From assembly GCA_009777935.1 (NCBI GenBank), contig WRKU01000001.1:67770-131769 (forward strand): a stretch of DNA of 64,000 nucleotides, given 5' to 3'. Shown piece after piece: positions 9,308 to 16,962 of the stretch. Both the position numbers and the translations under genes were made by a program. The notes beneath the pieces are model-generated. The model had not been told where the DNA came from and ran no database searches. It saw only the letters and a list, made by a program, of their open reading frames with translations. Every line of letters starts with the position of its first letter. Within the stretch, counting starts at the first letter, position 1. Origin of the DNA: Coriobacteriia bacterium. Lineage in GTDB: Bacteria; Actinomycetota; Coriobacteriia; WRKU01.

Positions 9308-9889
9308 CTACTCCTCGCTCGCTTCCTTGCTTGCTTTTTCGCTCGCTTCTTTTGCCTTCGGTCGCTCTTTACTCGACCTCTCCTTAACCGGCGTGATAAG
9401 CATGTGCATGTTGCGTCCTTCAAGCTTCGGCTGGTTCTCGATAACTGCAATCCCTTCAAGATCATCGGCCAAACGCTCGAGTACGCGCAGTCCTAACTCT
9501 GGATAGGCCATCTCACGGCCACGGAACATTATCGTTACCTTAACCTTCGCGCCAGCATCGAGAAAGCGTAAGATGTGTCTCTTCTTGGTGTTGTAGTCGC
9601 CTACATCGACCTTGGGACGAAACTTCATCTCTTTGATTTCGACGCGCTGCTGATTCTTCTTCGCCGCCTTCGCCTTCTGGCTCAACTCGTACTTGAACTT
9701 ACCGTAGTCCATAATCTTGCACACGGGCGGATCGGCATGCGGAGCAATCTCGACGAGATCGAGACCCGCATCATCGGCCATGTCGAGCGCCGCGTCGACG
9801 CTGTACACACCGAACTGCTCTCCATTCGAGCCGATGAGCCGACACTTCGAAGCGTAGATATCCTCATTTACACGATGTTCGTTAGCTAT
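9308..9889 (-). CDS. infC: Translation initiation factor IF-3, probably starting at a non-canonical ATA codon
   Basis: IANEHRVNEDIYASKCRLIGSNGEQFGVYSVDAALDMADDAGLDLVEI is a typical IF-3 N-domain. The ORF-track start (TTG 9946) lies inside the U-tract of an upstream terminator-like hairpin. ATA at 9889..9887 is preceded by GGAAGAGGTG. Confidence 0.85.
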   Translation of the reverse strand: MANEHRVNEDIYASKCRLIGSNGEQFGVYSVDAALDMADDAGLDLVEIAPHADPPVCKIMDYGKFKYELSQKAKAAKKNQQRVEIKEMKFRPKVDVGDYNTKKRHILRFLDAGAKVKVTIMFRGREMAYPELGLRVLERLADDLEGIAVIENQPKLEGRNMHMLITPVKERSSKERPKAKEASEKASKEASEE

Positions 9890-9940
9890 GACGCACCTCT
9901 TCCTACTTCCGTCGTTCGTACCGTCCGAACACACTCTCAC

Positions 9941-9973
9941 AAACAAAAACCCGCCTGCACACGAGCCGACGGG
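9941..9973 (-). terminator. Terminator/attenuator-like hairpin plus U-tract in the infC leader (possible L20-responsive leader)
   Basis: The reverse strand reads CCCGTC-GGCTCGTGTGCA-GGCGGG followed by TTTTTGTTTG. It lies between a promoter-like element and the infC start. The sequence CCTTGCGG occurs twice upstream of it. Confidence 0.4.
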
Positions 9974-10056
9974 AAATCCGCAAGGGGAGTTTCATGGCCG
10001 GCCTTCAGGTGCGTGCCCGCAAGGCGTAGGAGCTGTTGCCCCTAACTTCAACGTTC

Positions 10057-10065
10057 AGTATAACA
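10057..10065 (-). promoter_or_regulatory. Extended -10 promoter candidate (TGTTATACT) for infC-rpmI-rplT
   Basis: The reverse strand reads TGTTATACT about 25 nt downstream of the efp stop and about 170 nt upstream of the infC start. Confidence 0.3.
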
Positions 10066-10090
10066 TACGTTGACACAGGTGTGGGAAAAG

Positions 10091-10654
10091 TTAGGCTCTC
10101 TTAATATAGCGGCCACCCTCACGCGTATCTATCTGGAGTTTCTCGCCAACATTGATAAACATCGGGACCTGAACGACCGCGCCGGTCTCAAGTGTTGCCG
10201 CCTTCGTACCACCCTGAACGGTATCGCCTTTGAAGCCCGGCTCGGTCTCGGTCACGGTCAGCTCGACGAACATCGGTGCCTCGACGCCAATCATCTCGCC
10301 ATCGGCCGTGAGCACTTCAACCTCAGCATTTTCGAGCAGCCACTGCGCTGCATCGCCAATAAAATCGCTGTCGAGCTCAACCTGCTCATACGTGCTCGTG
10401 TCCATGAAGTGATACGCCGTGCCATCATGGTAGAGATACTGCATCTTCTTTTTCTCGACGCGTACGTCGTCGAACTTGTCTTGCGGACGAAAGGTGTATT
10501 CGACGAGACGACCGCTCTCAAGTTCTTTAAGCTTTGTGCGTACGAACGCCGGCCCCTTACCCGGTTTGACATGTTGGAACTCAACGATAATCTTGCGCTT
10601 GCCTTCGTGCATAATGCAGAGACCATTTTTGAATTGAGGGGTGCTGATTGCCAT
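10091..10654 (-). CDS. efp: Elongation factor P
   Basis: MAISTPQFKNGLCIMHEGKRKIIVEFQHVKPGKGPAFVRTKLK is a canonical EF-P sequence with a PGKGP loop. Confidence 0.97.
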   Translation of the reverse strand: MAISTPQFKNGLCIMHEGKRKIIVEFQHVKPGKGPAFVRTKLKELESGRLVEYTFRPQDKFDDVRVEKKKMQYLYHDGTAYHFMDTSTYEQVELDSDFIGDAAQWLLENAEVEVLTADGEMIGVEAPMFVELTVTETEPGFKGDTVQGGTKAATLETGAVVQVPMFINVGEKLQIDTREGGRYIKRA

Positions 10655-10701
10655 CGTTGCTCCTTCGTTTCCCGTTGCGCCTGTGCGCTCCGTATCTGCA
10701 G

Positions 10702-11844
10702 CTATACGCCTAGTTCCACAAGTTCTTTGGGCGATGTCGTGAGGTTATGATATCCCGTCTCAGTCACCAGCACAAGGTCCTCTATGCGCACGCCAACTTC
10801 ACCGGGGATGTAGATACCCGGCTCGACGGTGGTGAGCATGCCGGTATCGTATGTGTCTTCGGAGTTCGGCGAACAGTTCGGTCGTTCGTGGATAGCAAGC
10901 CCAACGCCGTGACCGGTGCCGTGGCCGAAAAACTCGCCATACCCGGCTGCTTCGATGACGGCACGTGCGGCGCTATCGATATCTGCACAGGCCACACCGG
11001 CTTTTAGCCTCTTGAGGGCGGCCTCCTGCGCCGCGAGCACGGTCAGGTAAACCTCACGTTGTCGGTCGCTCGCACGTCCCACACAGACGGTGCGCGTCAT
11101 GTCAGAGTGGTACCCATCGACAACTGCGCCAAAGTCCATCGTCACAAGATCGCCCTCTTGGATGGCGTAGTCACTTGGCATGGCATGCGCCATCGAGCCA
11201 TTCATGCCAGCCGCCACGATAACCGGAAACGATATCGCCTCAGCGCCCCGTGCACGCAGCGCAAACTCAAGCTCAAACGCGATGGCGCGTTCGGTCACAC
11301 CCGGCTTGACCATACCAAGGATATGCGCAAACGTCTCATCAGCGATACGCTGAGCGGTCGCAATACGTGCAATCTCATCGGCCTCTTTGATGGCCCGACA
11401 TTCCTCCACAAGCTGACGAGTCGCAACGACTTCACCGCCTTTGATTGACTCTGCAAGCTCCTCACGCCACCGGCAAAACGCACCGTAGCTGACGGTATCC
11501 TCGATGCCGATACGGTGGACTTTTTGTGTGGTGCGTTGTTCGGCGAGCGCTTCGATCGTTTTCGCGCGCACTTCATGGCGTGCAAGTACGGCCTCCCACT
11601 GCGTGGCGACGGCCTGCCCGCTCGCAACTTCGTAATAACGCGAGTCGATATAGACGGTCGCCGTCTCAGATGTCACAAGTGCGACGTGCGGATTTCCAGC
11701 ATCGGCGATTCCCTCAAAACCGGTGGCATAGACGACGTTGGCCGAGTGGTTGATGATAAGCGCATCGAGCCGCTCCTCGCGCATCGCTGCGCGGATTCGG
11801 CTTAACCGGTCAGGAACAGGGCACTTAGGAATCGATGAGCGCAT
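10702..11844 (-). CDS. pepP: Xaa-Pro aminopeptidase (M24B family)
   Basis: Has a creatinase-like N-domain and M24 metal-ligand motifs (DFGAVVDGYHSDMTRT, HGTGHGVGLAIHE, VEPGIY, RIED). Conserved position next to efp. Confidence 0.9.
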   Translation of the reverse strand: MRSSIPKCPVPDRLSRIRAAMREERLDALIINHSANVVYATGFEGIADAGNPHVALVTSETATVYIDSRYYEVASGQAVATQWEAVLARHEVRAKTIEALAEQRTTQKVHRIGIEDTVSYGAFCRWREELAESIKGGEVVATRQLVEECRAIKEADEIARIATAQRIADETFAHILGMVKPGVTERAIAFELEFALRARGAEAISFPVIVAAGMNGSMAHAMPSDYAIQEGDLVTMDFGAVVDGYHSDMTRTVCVGRASDRQREVYLTVLAAQEAALKRLKAGVACADIDSAARAVIEAAGYGEFFGHGTGHGVGLAIHERPNCSPNSEDTYDTGMLTTVEPGIYIPGEVGVRIEDLVLVTETGYHNLTTSPKELVELGV

Positions 11845-12250
11845 CTATCCCCCTCTTGTAGCTTGCAATACCGCCGCCGGAAAATTGCGCATGGCACACC
11901 GGTGCAATGACGCTCGTGGCGCGAAACTCCTCGCGCGCGGTGATGTCGGTTAGGTGCACCTCGATGACCGGCACCTCGCAGCACGCCACCGCATCGCGCA
12001 GCGCAATACTGTAGTGGGTGTAGGCGGCCGGATTGAAGACGACACCATCATAGCGGCCAGCCGCCTGATGGAGTGCCTCGATGAGCTCTCCTTCAAAGTT
12101 CGAGGTCAGCACCTTAATTACAACATCACGTTCGTGCCCATACGCGATAAGCTCGGCCATCAACTCGTCGAGCGTCTGCGTGCCGTACATCTCCGGCTCT
12201 CGCGTGCCGAGCATGTTGAGATTTGGCCCGTTGAGCACCAGCATCTTCAT
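11825..12250 (-). CDS. aroQ: 3-dehydroquinate dehydratase, type II
   Basis: MKMLVLNGPNLNMLGTREPEMYG...NPAAYTHYSIALRDA. Start at ATG 12250, overlapping the aroB stop (ATGA). Confidence 0.93.
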   Translation of the reverse strand: MKMLVLNGPNLNMLGTREPEMYGTQTLDELMAELIAYGHERDVVIKVLTSNFEGELIEALHQAAGRYDGVVFNPAAYTHYSIALRDAVACCEVPVIEVHLTDITAREEFRATSVIAPVCHAQFSGGGIASYKRGIDALIDS

Positions 12251-13413
12251 GAGATGGCCTGCTCCCACGCGCGCAGATGCTCGATGAGTATCTCATCATC
12301 GACCGACACGACCTCCCACTGCCCGATATCGGCAAGAAGGACCATACGAACTTTACCGTCACGCACTTTTTTATCGGCACGCAACGCATCCATCATCTGC
12401 AAAGGCGTCCAGCGTTCAGCGAGCGGCGCAATACCAAACGCGGTGAGAAGGGCATCTTGGCGCGCAACCGTCTCCATGCTCGCACCTGACATCTGCACGC
12501 CGACGCGCGCGGCAAAACGGATACCTTCGGCAACGGCCATGCCATGGGCGATGGCACCATACCCTGCCTCACGCTCGATAGCATGTGCGAGCGTATGCCC
12601 ATAGTTGAGACATTCGCGTGCGCCGCGATCAAACGGGTCGCTGGCCACGACAATCGCCTTGAACTCCATGCAGCGCAGTATTAGCTCGGTACAGAGAGCC
12701 GCGTCACGAGCACGTAACGCCGCAGCGTGCTCTTCGCAGAACGCGGTCAGTTCTTCGCCCTCGATAAAGGCGGTCTTGGCGACTTCGGCAAGCCCACTCG
12801 AAAACTCTGTCTCAGACAGATGTTCGAGGCAGCGGGTATCGGCGAGCACCGCAAGAGGATGGTGGAACGCACCGACCAGATTTTTGCCACCGGCAAGATC
12901 GATGGCGGTCTTCCCGCCAATCGCCGCATCAACCATCGAAAGTAACGTCGTCGAAATAAGGGCAAACGCCATCCCGCGCTTGTATATGTGTGCAACGAAG
13001 CCGACAAGATCGCTGACTGCCCCTCCGCCAAGCGCAACGATAAGATCATCGCGCTCGACCTGTGCCTGCGCCATCGCGTCGCACAGCTGGCCGACAACGT
13101 CCCAAGTTTTGCACGCTTCGCCGGCCGGCACCGTCAAAGCTATCACCTCGGGGGCAGCGGTGGCGGCAGAGCCGGGAACGGTCGTGGTGTTGGCCGTGGC
13201 AGCGATGAAGGCGGTTTCATACATAACACCGAACAGCTCTGCCGTATTCTCATCGGCAACGAGCACGATACGACGTGCCGAAGTGGCCGCCAGCACATAG
13301 GTCGCAAATATCGCCGTGGGATTCTCACCTACGAACACCGGATACGCAGCTTCGCCGACATCGATATCCATGCGTGTAATGCCATCAAGCTCTTTACGCG
13401 GGAAATACCCCAT
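12247..13413 (-). CDS. aroB: 3-dehydroquinate synthase
   Basis: GGGAVSDLVGFVA...DAAIGGKTAIDL...NYGHTLAHAIE motifs. The start is uncertain: 13413, or ATG at 13371. Confidence 0.92.
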   Translation of the reverse strand: MGYFPRKELDGITRMDIDVGEAAYPVFVGENPTAIFATYVLAATSARRIVLVADENTAELFGVMYETAFIAATANTTTVPGSAATAAPEVIALTVPAGEACKTWDVVGQLCDAMAQAQVERDDLIVALGGGAVSDLVGFVAHIYKRGMAFALISTTLLSMVDAAIGGKTAIDLAGGKNLVGAFHHPLAVLADTRCLEHLSETEFSSGLAEVAKTAFIEGEELTAFCEEHAAALRARDAALCTELILRCMEFKAIVVASDPFDRGARECLNYGHTLAHAIEREAGYGAIAHGMAVAEGIRFAARVGVQMSGASMETVARQDALLTAFGIAPLAERWTPLQMMDALRADKKVRDGKVRMVLLADIGQWEVVSVDDEILIEHLRAWEQAIS

Positions 13414-13921
13414 CGAGTTCCTCGCAGATCCTTTCGACAGATTTTTCGGTCGTATCTATCGTAACATCTGCGATGCTATCTGCGGCCATCTTGCGTTCAT
13501 GATATCTCTGACGAAGTACCGTCTCATCCGCGTCAACGGCGAGCGGGCGGATATCTGCACCCTGTTTCCTCTGTGTGGTGATGCGCGCGCATGCCGTTTC
13601 AAATGGCACCGTAAGATGAACAATAACTGCCCGCTGCAGAAGTGCCTGACCGTTACGCGAGTCAAGCACGACACCAGCACCAAGTGCGATGACGGTTGGC
13701 TCGGTACGCGCGAGCGTTTCTTGCAAAATCTGAGACTCGTATGCGCGAAAGTGTTCCTCACCATCGGGAACGGCGAAGAACTCAGCGATGGATTTTTTGG
13801 TACGAGCAACGATCTCAGCATCGATGTCGGTGAGCAACATCCCCGCGTGCTCAGCGAAGGATCGTGCGATGGTCGATTTACCTGCGCCGGAGACACCGAC
13901 TAATGCCAGATGGTGCTTCAT
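13394..13921 (-). CDS. aroK: Shikimate kinase
   Basis: MKHHLALVGVSGAGKSTIAR (P-loop). ATG 13921 overlaps the aroE stop (ATGA). Confidence 0.9.
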   Translation of the reverse strand: MKHHLALVGVSGAGKSTIARSFAEHAGMLLTDIDAEIVARTKKSIAEFFAVPDGEEHFRAYESQILQETLARTEPTVIALGAGVVLDSRNGQALLQRAVIVHLTVPFETACARITTQRKQGADIRPLAVDADETVLRQRYHERKMAADSIADVTIDTTEKSVERICEELDGVFPA

Positions 13922-14745
13922 GAAACATCGGCGGCAGCACGTACAACCCGCCGTAACTCTTCGCGCGACGATGTTGCTCCCCACAAAAGAGCCTGCTCAA
14001 CGGCCTGTGCGTAGAGCATTTCGCGCCCATCGATGGCTTCGATGCCGCGCTCACGACACTGGCCTACCAGCTTGGTCGTACCCTCCGACGTATAGGCGAC
14101 GTCAAAAACGGTGCCGGCATACTCCTCAAACCACGAGAGCGGAAAGATAACGTTGTCGTGAGGGTTGAAGCCAAGCGAGGTTGCGTCGATGGCGCAGTCG
14201 ACACGCTTGCCAGGGGCCGTTGCCACGGCAAAAACCTCCGTGTCGGCATCGGCAAACATCGCACAGAACTTCTGTGTGCGCTTAATCTCACGTCCTACGA
14301 CGCTTACGCGTGCCGCACCGACACGACAGAGCGCGTAGACAATCGAGTGGGCGGTACCTCCGGTGCCAAACACGAGAAAGGTGCGGTACTCAAGAGGGTC
14401 GACGAGGGCTGTAAGTGCCGTAAGAAAGCCGGGAACGTCGGTATTGTGCGCCGCCCAACCTTCATCGGTCCGCACCAACGTGTTGGCAACACCGGTTGCC
14501 TGCACCGTATCGCTCTGCGTCTCAGCACCGGTAGCTGCTTCACGTTTATACGGAGCCGTCACCGCCATGCCCGTGTATCTGCCGCTATCAGCGGCCGTTA
14601 TCAGCGTACAGAACCCTTCCGTCGAACCGGGATCGATTGACCCCATAACGGCATCGCGCCCTTCGTGCACAAAGATGGCGTTATGGATACGCGGCGATAA
14701 CGAGTGTCCGATTGGCGTGCCGACAACGGCGAAAAGCTCACTCAT
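13918..14745 (-). CDS. aroE: Shikimate 5-dehydrogenase
   Basis: FAVVGTPIGHSLSPRIHNA...GMAVTAPYK...NTDVPGF...FGTGGTAHS motifs. Confidence 0.93.
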   Translation of the reverse strand: MSELFAVVGTPIGHSLSPRIHNAIFVHEGRDAVMGSIDPGSTEGFCTLITAADSGRYTGMAVTAPYKREAATGAETQSDTVQATGVANTLVRTDEGWAAHNTDVPGFLTALTALVDPLEYRTFLVFGTGGTAHSIVYALCRVGAARVSVVGREIKRTQKFCAMFADADTEVFAVATAPGKRVDCAIDATSLGFNPHDNVIFPLSWFEEYAGTVFDVAYTSEGTTKLVGQCRERGIEAIDGREMLYAQAVEQALLWGATSSREELRRVVRAAADVS

Positions 14746-15236
14746 AGCTCATCGCGTGCCGAGCGTCCCCTGAGGTACCATCGCTCGACGTGGCGCAGTA
14801 TCAGAGTGTGGCCGAGGTCATAGGTTACGAGCGGCTCTACCATAATGCTCGTCATACCGAGAAGCGTCGCGCCAAGCACATCGGTAAAGAGCTGGTCGCC
14901 GACGACAACGCTCTCACGCCGCGTCGAACCAACCTTTTTGAGCGCTGCAAGAAAGGCGAATGGGAGCGGCTTGATAGCTTTTGCGACGATATCGCTGCCA
15001 AGATACTGAGCAACGTCATAGCATTGATGGTGCCAGCTATTCGAAACGAGGCACAGCTTGATGCCGGCCGCCTGCATGCGATCGTACCATTCCTTGATAT
15101 CCGCGCCGACTCGACGTGTGTCACGCGGCATGAGCGTATTGTCGAGGTCGATGAGGAGCGTCGTCTTACCCTGTGCGCGTAGCCACGCAGGTGTGATGGC
15201 AAGTACCGATGTCAGGTAGTGCTGTGGGATAGCCAT
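14742..15236 (-). CDS. YqeG-family HAD-IIIA phosphatase
   Basis: LLIDLDNTL...LVSNS...VVVGDQLFTDVLGA motifs, typical of YqeG. Confidence 0.8.
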   Translation of the reverse strand: MAIPQHYLTSVLAITPAWLRAQGKTTLLIDLDNTLMPRDTRRVGADIKEWYDRMQAAGIKLCLVSNSWHHQCYDVAQYLGSDIVAKAIKPLPFAFLAALKKVGSTRRESVVVGDQLFTDVLGATLLGMTSIMVEPLVTYDLGHTLILRHVERWYLRGRSARDEL

Positions 15237-16504
15237 TACTGCCCGAATATGCTCATCATTTTTTGGACAGCCACGTTATGCTCCTCATAGGTGTGTGAGA
15301 ACGTATGCTCTCCGGTCTTGCTTGTCAATGCGAAGTAATAGTATTCACTCTGAGCAGGAAAGGCCGCCGCGTGCAACGATGCCCGTGAAGCAGAGCCTAT
15401 CGGCCCCGGTGGCAGGCCATAGTTAACGTAGGTATTGTAGGGGCTCTCGGTCTGCGAGTCGACAATGGTCGGGATGACCTCATTCATGCGTCCCGGTGGC
15501 AGCAAAAACTGAAACGTTGAATCCATCTGTAGCATCATGCCAATGGCAAGGCGATTCTCGATAACGCTCGCCACAAGCGGGCGTTCATCGTCAAGACTTG
15601 CCTCACGCTCGATTATCGACGCGATAGTCACGAGCTCTTGGACGGAATGCTGTGCGAGGCGTTCGGCCGGCACTTCGAGCTCGTTCCATACCGTGTCGAA
15701 TTTCTCGAGCATTCGCGCACAGACATCATGTGGGGTAGCGTCGCCTTCGAGCTCGTAGGTATCGGGAAAGAGAAAACCTTCGAGTGAATTATCGTAGGCA
15801 CCTTCAAGATAAGGGTAGCTATCTGCAAATTCGGGCACCGCGCTATGCGCATACGCAGCAAACTCCGGTGCCGGAATACCCATCTGTTCCTCAATAGTAA
15901 GTGCTATATCGTCGATACGTAGCCCTTCGATAACGGTGACGAGAACGACATTTTCGGGCAACGGCGGCAATGCAAGTGCAATAATCGCTTCGTCGTAGTT
16001 ACTGCCGGTCGCCATGCGATGTCTACCTGCGTTAAAGACCACATCATCGTGCTGACGCGCCACAAGCCTGAACATGTTCGGATTATCGACGATACCGTGC
16101 TCGACAAGGATGTCGGCAATCTGTGTCGTCGTTGCGCCTTCCGGGATTGTTACTATGACTTCTTGCCCCGGCTCGACATCCGGCCCCATGGGGCGCAAGA
16201 GCACAAACCAACCAGCAGCGAGAATACTCCCGATAAGCATCACGATGACGGTGAGCACCGCGAATGCAATAATCGGCCCCTTACTGCGCGTAGGCTTGAG
16301 AGATTCGGTCATACGATAAGGTTCGCTTCCATAACGAGCGTTTCCGTAATGAGCGCGAAACTCCGTGTCAGTTTTTCTTTCGGTCTTTCGTGGAGTCGGA
16401 GATGGCGTTTTGCGCGAGGTTTCGACCGTCTTTTGCTTGCGCTCACTGCGCCGCGACATGCCCGGTCGGTACGTTGGCTGTTCGGTCACTTTTTGCTCCC
16501 TCAC
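15236..16504 (-). CDS. mltG: Endolytic murein transglycosylase MltG (YceG family)
   Basis: Basic disordered N-terminus, one TM helix, then a YceG domain (LVTIASIIEREA...YNTYVNYGLPPGPIGS). Lies in ruvX-mltG synteny. Confidence 0.9.
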   Translation of the reverse strand: MREQKVTEQPTYRPGMSRRSERKQKTVETSRKTPSPTPRKTERKTDTEFRAHYGNARYGSEPYRMTESLKPTRSKGPIIAFAVLTVIVMLIGSILAAGWFVLLRPMGPDVEPGQEVIVTIPEGATTTQIADILVEHGIVDNPNMFRLVARQHDDVVFNAGRHRMATGSNYDEAIIALALPPLPENVVLVTVIEGLRIDDIALTIEEQMGIPAPEFAAYAHSAVPEFADSYPYLEGAYDNSLEGFLFPDTYELEGDATPHDVCARMLEKFDTVWNELEVPAERLAQHSVQELVTIASIIEREASLDDERPLVASVIENRLAIGMMLQMDSTFQFLLPPGRMNEVIPTIVDSQTESPYNTYVNYGLPPGPIGSASRASLHAAAFPAQSEYYYFALTSKTGEHTFSHTYEEHNVAVQKMMSIFGQ

Positions 16505-16515
16505 CCGTATTCCAC

Positions 16516-16962
16516 CTACCCCAACATCTCTGTGTTAAATCGTGCACTCGAAAAATCAAGATACGACTGTAGAATTATCGCTGCTGCCATCATATCAATT
16601 TTTTCTCGCGCCTGTCGTGCATCCATACCTACCTCACGAAGCGCACGTGCGGCTTCCTTCGACGAGTTACGCTCATCGTAGAAAACAACATCGATATCGA
16701 ACGGTGCAAAAAGTTCGGCAGCATCGTCACGAATACGCTGCGCCTGTGGACCCTCATCGCCCGCGAGAGTCCGTGGAAGTCCCACCACAAGACATACGGG
16801 TTCATAGTCGTCAAGCAGGCGACTGAGCGGGCGCTTGTCCGAAGCAAGGGCACGTCGGTCAAGCACGACGAGTGGGGTTGCGACGACACCGCGATCATCG
16901 GAGATCGCCACGCCAATGCGCGCTTCACCGATATCGAACCCAAGGATACGACCGGCCGCCAT
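16516..16962 (-). CDS. ruvX: Putative pre-16S rRNA nuclease / Holliday-junction-resolvase-like YqgF
   Basis: RILGFDIGEARIGVAISD...VVGLP...DERNSSKEA, directly downstream of alaS. Confidence 0.92.
   Translation of the reverse strand: MAAGRILGFDIGEARIGVAISDDRGVVATPLVVLDRRALASDKRPLSRLLDDYEPVCLVVGLPRTLAGDEGPQAQRIRDDAAELFAPFDIDVVFYDERNSSKEAARALREVGMDARQAREKIDMMAAAIILQSYLDFSSARFNTEMLG

Noticed and set aside
10070-10750. 226-aa plus-strand ORF
   Set aside because: Antisense to efp; no independent support.
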